From positions 157,680-221,679 of the forward strand of contig JALDTO010000246.1 of NCBI GenBank assembly GCA_023515725.1: a DNA stretch of 64,000 nt, read 5' to 3'. Source of the stretch: Amoeboaphelidium protococcarum X5. Its lineage: Eukaryota; Fungi; Aphelidiomycota. The notes beneath the pieces were generated by a model. That model was not told the origin of the DNA. It was given only the letters and a program-made list of their open reading frames with translations, and did not search any database. The first letter of the stretch is position 1, and every line of letters starts with the position of its first letter. A program made the position numbers and the translations under genes. Of this stretch, positions 52,503-64,000 are shown piece by piece.

Positions 52503-54287
52503 ATGGCTCTGGCTCTTGGTTTATACTTGGCATATGGAATAACCGCCTCCATATTCATGATTGTCACTTCAGTGCTGTATGTGGTGTACTTTAAGCGGCT
52601 AAACTTAATGGAAGAGTTTGACAAGAGGAGTGGGAAGCTGGCACTCGTTTTGATTATCGGAGTTGTTTCAATTAACATATAGTCATCCATATTTTATGGT
52701 CTGGAAGTATCGGGAATGACATACAACTGCTTTATCTCAATGGTTTGGAATCAGTTTGGATACTTAATGTGTATTGCTGGAGTATGTGCCCGAGCTGTGA
52801 GGCTGTTCGTGCAATATCGCCTCAGTTTAATAAAATCAAATTTTGAAACGTCGTAAGAGGCGCTGATCGAAGGCACGTCGGGCATCAGGAACGTCACTTG
52901 GAGGGATATGGTGCGTATAAATCTGGTCAGAACATGCAACTTACACACTCTAAGTAAGTCTGACGCTGCGAAAGCCATTGCTTTGTACAACCACTATCTT
53001 TAGGAGAATAAGTATATTTATGGCATCTCAGTCTACATCTTCTGTAGCCTGGTGGTATTCCTCATCATTTACGCAATTCAGAATCCGGATGGTCAACTTG
53101 ATATATGCTTGTTTAAAAACATTTTCATCATGTACATGCCTTTATATGTGATGCTGGCAGGTTGCATATTCGTGTTCAGTCCAATAATGGTGTATGTTCT
53201 GCAGGGTGTTCGGGATATCTACAGCATCAGAAGATCACTTTCAGTGCAAGGAACTCTGGCTGGAATAACTTTTGTACTGTACTTCACCGTGATCTCGACT
53301 TCACTGAGTAGCACTGTATTTTTCTAGTACGTGAGACCTCTGATGTTTGCAGCTGGTGGTATGATAATAATGCAAGTAGAGCTGATAGTCTTTCCTCTGT
53401 ACACCATGATGCGCGGATCCTAGTCGCGTAAAAGCTCATCAACTAATTAAAAAGATTTCTCATAATGTCTATCGGATCCAAAGTCTTATGAACAACTGAA
53501 ATAACTGTCTATAGAAGCGTTTACTAGTGAAAACATCAAGTTTTGGGAAGATTATTTATCCCTGATGCAAATGTGCTATTATAAAATGCTCGATGACGTG
53601 GTAAGTAACTTGTAACCACAGCAGGATGACAAATTGTCGCGTCGATCATCTACCCTGGGAAGTGCTATATCCTAGGCATTCAGCAAATTTATTGACAAGA
53701 ACAAGAATAGTGATGCTTAGGTACTTGAAAAGCTGAAGAAGCTGCGATTCGATTTATCAGTCGTATTCAATCCGGTTTTAATCTAACATTTAAGTCGCAG
53801 ATCTAAATAAAAGCTAGGTAATAATGCTGCCTCTCCTCCAGATAGAACAGTGGTGGACATTGACAAGCCGAGTTTGAAAGACATCTCCTCCCAGAATGAC
53901 TCTTCTAGTATCATGAGCGACTCCAGTACCAGTACAATGATGAATATGGATCCACTGCAACTCCTTGCTGAAATTGATTACAACGTGGAGGTGGACGCGA
54001 TTATAAGAAAGAAGTTTATCACTCTGTACGAGAAGTACATCTCGAAGGACTCTCCATTTTAGATCAACATTTCCAGCACAGTGGCAGAGTAAGTAAAGCA
54101 GGCAATAGTCAAGATCAAAGTTGGGGAGGTTAAGAGCGTAGATTTGAAGCCGATGAAGGGAACCACTTACACTGATCAGTCAGTGATGAACATTGCGCCG
54201 TTCGACAAGGTGAAGGATGAAGTGTTGGAGATGTTGAACCTCAACATTTACCAGAAAATGCTCAACTAGAAACTGTAGAGAAATTGA
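52503..54287 (+). CDS. 7TM-RGS receptor, copy 4 (~594 aa; closest to copy 3)
   Basis: 7TM plus EAFTSENIKFW ... LYEKYISKDSPFQINI ... PFDKVKDEVLEMLNLNIY. Confidence 0.85.
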
Positions 54288-54394
54288 ATAATAAAAGAAA
54301 AGTGTATGTTAGAGTAATAATAGATATTGATATGGCTAACACGATATACAACTTCAATCAGTCAGAACTAAATATTACCGACTCATCAACCAAT

Positions 54395-56269
54395 TCATAG
54401 CTTGTAATCATATCTCAGAGAATCAGAGTATATCAACTCCAAAGCTCTAGCCGGACTCAGAACCTTACAATAGTGAAAGCCGGCAGACAGTTTGACAAAA
54501 TAATTCACCGGAGTTCTCATGGATGGACTAGTAATTTCAATGGTGGTCTTGTAAGCATCGTCCTTCACTTCTTTTAGTTGCAAAGCCTTCCAAATCCAGT
54601 TAGGACCGGCATTGTAAGGACCACTATCATTACCGGCGACATATCTTACACTTCCGCTAAAGTATCTCTAAAGTGCAAGCTAATCGGCATTTACCAAAGC
54701 CCACTCGAGAGACAGCTAATTCAATCTCTTGCACACTTGATCGTTGTCATCTACAGTCTTGAAATAGGAATCATCATCGGCACCACTCACACCTGCAGAC
54801 ACATGCAACGCTTGGATAGACTTGAATTTAGTTCTCAACTCATCTGAAGCAATAGGATAGAAACCAAAGTCCAGAACATCTACAAATGGGTACGTTGCTT
54901 GAGTCACAGTGGTAACATTTACAGTACATGCAGATTCCTTATCTGCAGTGCAAGAGCTCTCGGTTATATTAGGTAGATGCACAGGATTTATTAGCCATAC
55001 TTTCCAAAAAGCATCCTAAGAACTGATTTAAACGTTAGATCTCAACTTCAAACCAGGATCAGTCAAATTGGCCAGAGAAGACTGCATCATCTCAGACCAT
55101 GGAGAGCCGGACCAGCATCTCGATGCACGAGAGTGTTAACCACTAGGCAGTATCTCCTTTCTCTTGTCACCATCCTTCAGTTCATTACATGCCGGCTTCA
55201 AGTGGTAGGATCCCTCTAACTCTAGTGATTTAACGATAATATTAAAGTACTAACCAGAATTTTAGACATGATGCTAGTACAAGAAGGAAATTGTGGATTT
55301 AGCCGCTTACTCCCTTAAATTGTGACCATTCACCTGAGTGAAATATGCCAAAGACTCGGCAATCTTCTCATGGGCTTCCAAGTCGCCAATCTGAGCTCTG
55401 TTATCATTCAGCTTCACAAAAATAGGCGCCACACCAGATGCGAATGACATGTGCGATGCACCTCTTACAACAAGCACAGGTCGGGTGACATATTTCTCGC
55501 GCCTTGAAATCTCTGGATAGGCTTCGCTCAGGGACTCGTGGTAATACTGCTCAGCTAGTCTAAAAGGTCTGAATAGACCGTCCATGTCTCCACCAATCGT
55601 GAAAATTGGATAGTTGAGATCACGGAAGCTACCATTCTAATCAGGTCTATACTTGCGCGCCAGAGTAGCTGAAAATAAGATCATACCAGAATTATTGACC
55701 TTCAACAAAGTGGACAAATCCACATCCTTGTCCTTGGTCTGTCCAGTTGGATCATTCTAATCACTGGCGGAATTTTGCACCAAAAACTTGGCTGGAGCTG
55801 AGACCTGTTTATTGTCAACAGTACCACCCAAATTGTACAGCTCTTGCATCAGATCTTACATGGAGATACCACCGCGAGAGTGACCACCAAAAAAGAATGG
55901 AATAGAAGTCACGTTCAAAAGTGGATTCGACTGCTATAAATCAGCCAATAACTCACTGACAGCCTCCTCCACAATACCGTTAAATTACTTCTAAGTGAAC
56001 ACATTGTCAAAAGGAAATTTGAGGATCAGCGCAACGGTATCCTAGAATTCGGTCAACTAAATCAGCTTCTCAAATATTGAACCATACTGCTTGGGAACCA
56101 GCGATGCACCAGGAGCAAACACAACACACGCCTTGGGTAAAGGACGCGCCACCTCACGCTGCAGTACCAGATGGCCTTTACCAATAGTTTTCGCCACAAT
56201 CGCTGCCTGGTCAGACACCACAGACATGGCCAAGCAGGCAATAAAAGTTCCTACGCTCAGAAATTTCAT
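54395..56269 (-). CDS. Secreted alpha/beta-hydrolase (~624 aa)
   Basis: Signal peptide MKFLSVGTFIACLAMSVVS, FAPGA, nucleophile GHSRGG, GGDMDG, GASHMSF. Confidence 0.85.
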
Positions 56270-56483
56270 ACTTACCACGCGTATATTAGTGAGAAATCAG
56301 AAGAACTGATAAGAAATGCAAAAATAAGTATGGAGAAGACAGATAATGATGATGGGAACGCCCCTCATTCAGATAAGCCATTACGTCAGCTCCCGCCTTG
56401 CGGGATTCAATCCACGTGAGAAGAGATTTAAGAAATCTGAGATGGTGGCTTTGTAGAAATTACAATTTTCATTTTATTCCGGT

Positions 56484-56930
56484 TCATTTATCGTTAATAT
56501 CATCCAGCCGCATATTTACTTGAACCATTTCTTGCCGCATGTCTTGTATGTCGTTACGAAGCGTCTGCAGATGTTAAAGTTCCAATTGATTCGCGGCGAT
56601 TTGATCTCGCTGGAGGTCCGCCTAATGTTAGTAATTACTCACCAAGGATTGCAACTTCTGGTACTCTTCAGTAAGTCGCTTAACTTCAGATTGTAAATTA
56701 GACATGTTTCCATTCAGGAATATATCTCTCTTCCTCAAATCGTCCCTAAGATTACTTATAATGGAGAAGGAAGTTACAGAGAGTCCACATACCAGTCCTA
56801 CTCCGAGTGGAATCACAATGCCCAGTGCTCTCTTCCACAATGGTCTACTCTTTAACACCACTCTAGTTGGCATGATTTTCATTTCGCTCTATTTCGCTGC
56901 ATTATTCTAGTCACCTGTAAGCACTGTCAT
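56484..56930 (-). CDS. Small single-TM coiled-coil protein (~148 aa)
   Basis: One TM segment followed by heptad repeats; ends at TGA 56484-56486. Confidence 0.6.
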
Positions 56931-57156
56931 TGTTCTGATATCTAATTTTTATTTTAAATTGAGGCAACTTACAAGTGTGCAGTATAAAGAAACGTTTCGC
57001 TTCAAAAGCACAAGCTAAAGGCAGACAGGTCGTTCTGTATAAAGACCAGCAAGTACGACGCTTTCACTAATAGCATTAAATTTTTAAAACTGAAAATAAC
57101 ACAAAGTGTAATCAAATAATAAATTATGGTTTTTATATAGTTTATGAATTATTAAA

Positions 57157-58221
57157 TCATCTTTTTACCCACTGGTGCTTGGCGCGAGCAGATGGTTGAC
57201 CAGCCTTCTTACGTTCGCGTTGTCTCTCATCAGCCAGACACATTTGATCCAACTGGGCCATGAACTAATCATCAGATGCCACTTGACTCAACAGAGTGGC
57301 TATTGAATGGCCATCATTTGGAATGCTTTAAGATGCGTCACTTATTTCACTAACGGCTTCAGTAGATTGACGCATCAATATATCTTTAGAATGCAAGAGC
57401 AGTCTACGCATTGCTCTCGCTATACCTACAGTGAGAGCATCTCTTATCGCAGAATTACCGTATAGATCAGCAATTGAATTACCCGCAGATAAACCACCTT
57501 CATGCAGAATATCTTTCAGCTATCGATTCTTCTCTTGGAACGCCGACTCCAACTTGCAGTACACATTAAACTCTCCCACCAGCGAGTCATGAAATGGTGC
57601 AGCCACCACAAAGCGATCCTTCATATTCTTCAAGACTGATTTAAAGTCTACTCCATTAATAAGAATGGTATTACTTTGTGATTCGCTAGATGTAGAGTTA
57701 GATGGAATCAGCCATACATGAGCCAGTAATTTGCGCCGGACACCACATGCATAAACGCGTCCATTCTCATCTACTACTGGGGTATTCTATGCAATATCAG
57801 GAACATGAAATCCACTATTCTAAACTTTGGCATAAAACTGAGACCCGTACTTTATCAGCTCAGAGTCTCCAGTAGAGTATAGCACGTTCAACCTCTAGAC
57901 AAACTGATCATACTCTTCCGGATTAATAGGAACGTTCCATCTACTTTTAAGATCCTTAAGACTTATCCATTCAGGCATCTTTACATCATTATTATTAACT
58001 CCTGCAATTACTGAGACTGGTGATGGAGAGCGCGTCGCGTTACTGATACTCTTTTGCGCATTAAACTTGGCCAAATTGTAATCAATGTACGACAACGTAT
58101 CATGGTACACTGGTTTACCCGTAAAATATGTAGGACCAACTGAAGCTCTAGGATCTGACAGTCTTTCGGCCTATTATCTTTGTGCAAATGACGCGTATCT
58201 CTTTACTATTTGACGAAGCAT
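57157..58221 (-). CDS. MRPS9: Mitochondrial ribosomal protein uS9m
   Basis: Presequence-like N-terminus, YFTGKP, GVRRK..AHVWL, and C-terminal RERKKAGQPSARAKHQWVKR. Confidence 0.88.
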
Positions 58222-58369
58222 TGAATTTTGATCTAATCGTAATAGCAAGTAGAAAGTAAAAAACTAAAGCTGATGAGGTTGATCCAGAAAACAGCAATAA
58301 AAAACAATCAGTTTTCGAAAATCATTGGCACTTTATTTCTACTCAATTTATGTCTCTATCAATTAGGAG

Positions 58370-59212
58370 TCATGATTGGAACTATTCAAGTTTCCCAATG
58401 GTGATGCTATCAGCTTACTGTGTGAAATCACTAACAGGGAGCGTTAATCGATTGTCCACAGTCTCGCCTATGAGAGAGCCGTCAGCGAGCTTTAAGACCA
58501 GTCGCTCCCCTGTCTGATCATCAGCTAAACTGTTATTCACGTTCCTAATTTGACATGTACTGGCCACAATATCTATAAACTTTCCCATGGTGCACTTTTT
58601 ACTTACAAACAGATACTTTATCGTGCTATCATCTTCAGCGAACTGCCTGCATTTGATAAAGAGACGCTGGTCCATGGGAATACTCTGATCCCCTTTAGCC
58701 TTCATTTTGGTTCGAATCAACTCCACCTTGGGATTACTAGACGCCTTCGATGTCGCTCTTTATTTGGTCTATTTATTAGTACTGGAACTACTAGACTCAA
58801 TCTCTGGTAGTCCATTCTTTTAAAGCAAAGCATTAACTTGCGATTTCTAGTTTTATTTAACCAGTGATTAGAGATCAGCACTAATGCAATTATGGTCAAG
58901 TTTGTTTCGATGTTTCAGACAGAATTTCTAATTACAATCATCACATGTGGACCATTTCATATTTAGTAGAGACACTTTACAAGCAGGCAATGGACAGAAC
59001 TCTCTGACAAGATTACTATCATCTATTTTATCGCTATTACTTTACGGATCTAGAATCTTTGATTACACTACGGATTCCAATTGTCCACATCCATGCAAAG
59101 AAATGTGCTCACCACAAAACCAGCGCAGACATTTTTCGCACTTTATGGGCAAAAAATCTATTTACTGACACTGCGACAATGAACATTATTTCCCAACATT
59201 TGGCAATTCCAT
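58370..59212 (-). CDS. AN1-type zinc finger protein (ZFAND1/Cuz1-like)
   Basis: MELPNVGKQCSLSQCQQIDFLPIKC, two AN1 fingers, KMKAKGDQSIP and a ubiquitin-like C-terminus. Confidence 0.9.
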
Positions 59213-59331
59213 CCTTACAATTTGATATCAAGATTTAAGGTAATTTGCAACCATAATAGAAGACAAAAAAGATGGAAAGCTTATGAAATCTCAACTCATC
59301 AGATGATCTCGACTTTATATTATTATTTCAT

Positions 59332-62300
59332 TCAATGAGAAAAGCTAGGCCCTAATTTATGGCCATGCATGTCTATGAATTCTTCTTCACTGTCAGAATT
59401 GGCAAGTCCTAATTACACATTGCGCGTTGTACCAGAATTGCGTCTGCTGATCTACCGACTCCTATTGGCACTTCTTCTTCTGCTTTGTCCAACTCCGCCT
59501 TCGTTATGATCATCATAGCTCTATAGTGACTCCTACTCTATGCATCTCAAAATATCTTTCTTTGTCAGAATGCCCACCAGAGATCCGACTACCGGCTTTT
59601 ACTATTCGTCAGACGCGGTGCTGGCAGGCTCGCATAATACACCTCCATGAAATGCAACCAGTACATAGCGAAGTCCCATTTTTCTAAACATTTCCACCAC
59701 GACATCCATCGAGTATGTTGGCGTTATTTTTATAGGATTGCGATCCACCAGGGAAGAGAGGTCAAGCACGCGATCATTCAGAATTGCGGCGACGTTATCA
59801 TCATCTGGCGGGGAATGATCAGAGCCAAATCTGCACAATAACTCTGGATCCAATGAAGTACCGTCATCCGTATCAGAGTCAAAAGACAGCAAATTATCAA
59901 CAATATCCTAACGTCGAATAAATCCACGTACATAACGATTCACCGTGTCCGACAATACAGGGAAGCCTTAGTAGTCGTGTAACTCTAACAACCGCTATAA
60001 GTCTTGTAACCGATAATCTTGAGCACTCTGGTATATGCATGTGATATCATCAATTGGAGTCATAATCTCTCTTGCTTAGATTGGCACAGATCTCATAACA
60101 CCACCACCTACCATTTTACATCTGAATAAGCGAACGTCTTTCTTATTATCAAGGTAAGGATACTTGTGAAATCTTATATAAGCATCGGATAGACTGCCAA
60201 ACACCTTCTGATCCCGTCTCCTATCGAGGGCATCACTGACAAACTTGGCCGCCATAAGACTCATCATTATGGGGATGATATAAGTCAGGGCCGCTCCACC
60301 AGTAATCTCAAACATCATAACGGCAACGGATACTGTAAGCTTCGACACACCTCCTAGAAAGGACGCTGCACCAACCAAAGCATATGTGCCAGGTGTAATA
60401 ATCATCGTCACAGCCGAGAGTGTTGTATTATCTCCATCCACATACTCTCGCCAACCACCCTGCCCAGCCTCAACGGTATTTCTCACAGACATTCCCATAA
60501 TTCTGCCTACACAGGCACCCACAATCATAGTGGAGAGATACACACCAGCAGGTATTCTGAGACCATATGACAGACAGGAGAGGAAGGCACGCGTGAGCAT
60601 GGTGAAGACCAAAAGAGTAACTATGGCAGAGAATGAGAATGCTTCATCCGATGAATTGTAACACAGTCCAAAGACATCATTTTCCTCACTTACAGCAGCA
60701 GCAGGTACTTTCTATAACGCTTACAAGACAGGTTGTAGCAAACCAGCTCCAACTTCCAATTATGGTCTCTTACCAAATACAATAACGTCGCTGTTACATT
60801 CTCTCAGCAGACCACTCAAGAACTGCACCATATCACCTCTAGTAAAAGGATTCATATAAGAAAGACAGACGGATATTGCTGTAATTATACACAACTCTTA
60901 AAGAAATCGTCTCACCACACTTCTACCAGGATGGAACCAATTGAAAGTCTTTTTAGATGCAGACTCCTCGCGTCGACGTTAGCCTAATAGGAGAAAATAG
61001 TCTTCTCCGTTACTACTGCCACCGCCACCCTCTCTACAATATCTATCATACCACGTATCTAGCCATACGGGAACGGCAGACATCAACTTTTATGCACCGT
61101 AATACATCCAACTGATTGACCGCTATCTAAACGACGGCCACCAAAAAAGCCAGTCGTTCCACTACACCTACTTACCCGTCCAGAATGGATGCGATTGGCG
61201 AAGATTAGCTATCCACAAATTACACTTCACATAGTAATGACCGTACACACCACCCATTACACCCAGGATGATGAAGAAGAAACTCTCCCACCATATCCAC
61301 GTTCGATCATACGCAGCCTGAAGGAAACTCAACTTTCCCTCACGATCAAAGTACTGTACCACTCCACATGCCACCAGACATCCCCAGAAACTTCTAATCA
61401 GTATCCGCATCGACCGGAATGGCGTCAGATCTTCAAGACTGAATAACAATCCGGAAAGGGGAGCTCCAAAGGCAGCAGCGAAACCAGAGGCACATGCAAT
61501 ATTAATCATCTCACGTTACAGCACCGGATTAGATTGGTACTTGGCAAATATCTGCGGTAAAGACTCTCCAATAGTTGCAGCAATGTGTACCAGAGGCTCT
61601 TCAATCCCGATGGAAAGACATGAACTGACAGCCAGTGCCATAGCTATCCATTTGGTGAACCCAGTGCGGATAGACAGAAAGTTGCGTATCCGAAAGCCTC
61701 CAACAATAGACTTTAGTTCTGACAGACCGGACATTACAGAGTATGTGGAATAGAATTAAACGATCCAGAATGACAGCACAGAGAATAGGAGAGCGAATAC
61801 TGAATACATTATGAAATCTAGAGGTGGGACGTGCAGAGAGAGCATCAGCTCAGACCACGAGAACCACGATGGACAATCGCGCAGATCAGATTCCAGACAG
61901 CATAGTCTTTTAGGCAAGTACCACCCACGTGATGACTAGTTATCAAGTATACAGATACCCATCTTGAAATCGGTAAAGAATGCAGAGACGATCTGAAGCG
62001 ATACGGCAGCAAATCCCACCAACAAGCCTATCATAGTCACAACAATCCACGTCTAGCTAGCATGCCATATCCTAATCGCGTGATGAATCAGCTTTCGCTT
62101 CCGCCTCTTTGTAAAAATTCGATGTATAAAAGATTGAATCAATGGTATTTTTGAAGCATTCAAAGTACTGGTAGAAGCTGTAGTAGTAGCAGTAGCAGTA
62201 GCTGTAGTGTAATCAGCTAAGTCATGCAAGCTGGCGTATCGTTCCATCTCTTTGAAAGCTCTCTGCTCCTTCAATCGCCGCTTCCTTGCCATAAGACCAT

Positions 62301-62424
62301 CCCTTAACCAATCCACTGTATCATACTCTCGGAACTAATTCTTGCTATTATTATTACTATTACTGAATGAATTTACCGTATTTTGACTAGATGCTGACTG
62401 CGCTTGAATAGGATCCAGTTCCAT
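59332..62424 (-). CDS. CLC-family anion channel/transporter (ClC-3/Gef1-like) with CBS domains, divergent (~1030 aa)
   Basis: YDTVDWLRD, AAFGAPLSGLLFSLED, PGTYALVGAASFLGGV, FEITGG, and CBS FRKMGLRYVLV. Confidence 0.9.
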
Positions 62425-62555
62425 TTATAGTTATGTAATGTTCTTCAATAGTCCCTGGTGATTACAGTACTATTCAAATAAAGGAAGAGAATTGAAGAAG
62501 TGGAAAGTGATAAATCTAAATTCCATTGATTTATAATATTTAGAAGCATTTTAAT

Positions 62556-64000
62556 TCAAATAGAATACTATTCAGATTCAATTTACTTTGCGCGTGCTCT
62601 GCATTGTCTGTAATGTTACTCTAAAGCCCTGGTGTCCATGAAGCTTTTAGTTGAAGTACACGAACTTGACGCGTTCGGACAGCGCATTCTCATTCCAATC
62701 AAAGGCTTTAAATATTCAAGGTGTAATTTATATCCACTGGACTGTCCATATTTAGAGTCGTCGTCGCCTTTACTATCTCCAGTAATCTTGACTGCTTATC
62801 CACAGATGGAACACGGTTCATATTGATATCCCCGTTGCTGAGGATCTTTATTAGCTTCAACTACAACCACATCGGGGACATTCAAAGTCATTTGAGCATC
62901 ACCACTAAGATCAGATTGATTAGAATGAATTTGAGCCAATTCTTCGCTTGATAACTTTTAATGCTTATACAGAGTATGCTGCCGCAAATCTTCAAATCTC
63001 TTAAATACTTTGCTACACCCATCAGCTTGACACTTGAACGACTCAGTACGATCTTACGGGTCTTTATTCGACTGCAGACCATGTATAGATAAGTGATGCA
63101 TTCGAATAGCACGTAGACTCTTGTATGATTTCTGACAGTCTGGGCACTTCCATACATGAGGAGTATCTTCTACTTCACCAGTTGTTTTTTCTTATGCCTT
63201 TTTCTATTAAAGTTTTCGCGTTCTATCCTTAACATACTTTACAGGATTATACAGCACTTCTTTAGTAATACTAGAATCGCCTATTACTTTTCCAATCTAT
63301 TAATCAGTCACGGCAGATGATAACTTATATCTATTAGTGTCTTAAGTCACGCTAACGGGATCAAAAAAATCAGAGTCAAGAGATAGAGACTACAGTTTAC
63401 TATCAAGATCAGTGGAATATTCATGGATAGAGCCATCAATACGCGTGAATCGGTAAGTAAAACTCTTCATCTCCTGCCGTGTATGCTTTATAGTGTGCTA
63501 ATTCTTAAAAGACTACCCATTCTTATTTCGCTTGCAAATATAACCTTCATAATCTGACTCAATACACGGCAAGATCTCAGCTAGGCGTAGATTCAAGCGT
63601 TATGGAGTGGTTGTGACTGAACTATCATCAGACACCAGGTGCCATCTACGCTCCTATCCAGACACTAGCGAAATGATTATACATGGATTAAATGCATGAG
63701 AATTACTCTAGTCCTGATAGCCAGATGGAGTATTATCGCTATCACTTAGCGCATTCTTGGCACTATGTAAAAAGTGTGCTAGCAGAAATCTGTGTAAATG
63801 GAAATTCTCAGTTCCCAAATGTGGATGATTCCAATAGATTATATCAAACTTTTAATCAGGGAAATGACCATCGAGATTCCACGCGTTAATCTAATGTAGA
63901 ACTTGCACGTCTTTATAGCCAGATAATCGCCTTAATATACCATCAGATTCTGGATACTTTTCCAGTACTTCCGCTCTAGAGTCGAAAGATGTACAAACCA
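62556..64000 (-). CDS. BMT5/DUF2431-like rRNA methyltransferase domain fused to C2H2 zinc fingers (5' partial)
   Basis: TSFDSRAEVLEKYP, FDIIYWNHPHLG, LLAHFLHSA, followed by WKCPDCQKSY..IRMHHLSIH and FKCQADGCSKVF..LRQHTLYKH. Confidence 0.8.

Overview
Gene-dense, nearly intron-free eukaryotic (fungus-like/holomycotan) nuclear DNA that uses a non-standard genetic code: TAA and TAG are read as Gln and TGA is the only stop (translation table 6). This is why the supplied ORF track is fragmented. Re-reading with TAR=Gln joins the fragments into about 35 intact genes. Fungal-type gene content (LYS9, CYB2) combined with TAR=Gln points to an aphelid such as Amoeboaphelidium protococcarum; this is an inference, not a database match. 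Highlights: (1) two long, intact, catalytically complete TnpB-derived RNA-guided nuclease genes about 11.6 kb apart, a Fanzor2/IS607-type (190-2427, lacking the zinc-ribbon cysteines) and a Fanzor1-type (14079-16394, with a structured candidate omegaRNA at its 3' end), both recoded to the host's TAR=Gln code and with no neighbouring transposase in view; (2) the eRF1 gene, whose GGQ glutamine is encoded by TAG and whose stop-decoding motifs are altered; (3) four 7TM-RGS receptors with split RGS domains; (4) a tandem pair of XK-related scramblases, a stand-alone NELF-A C-terminal-domain protein, an inverted pair of secreted repeat proteins plus a third secreted orphan, and an atypical CLC. Coordinates were derived by hand from frame arithmetic and partial translation. 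Not every long frame was checked codon by codon, and some start codons are best guesses.
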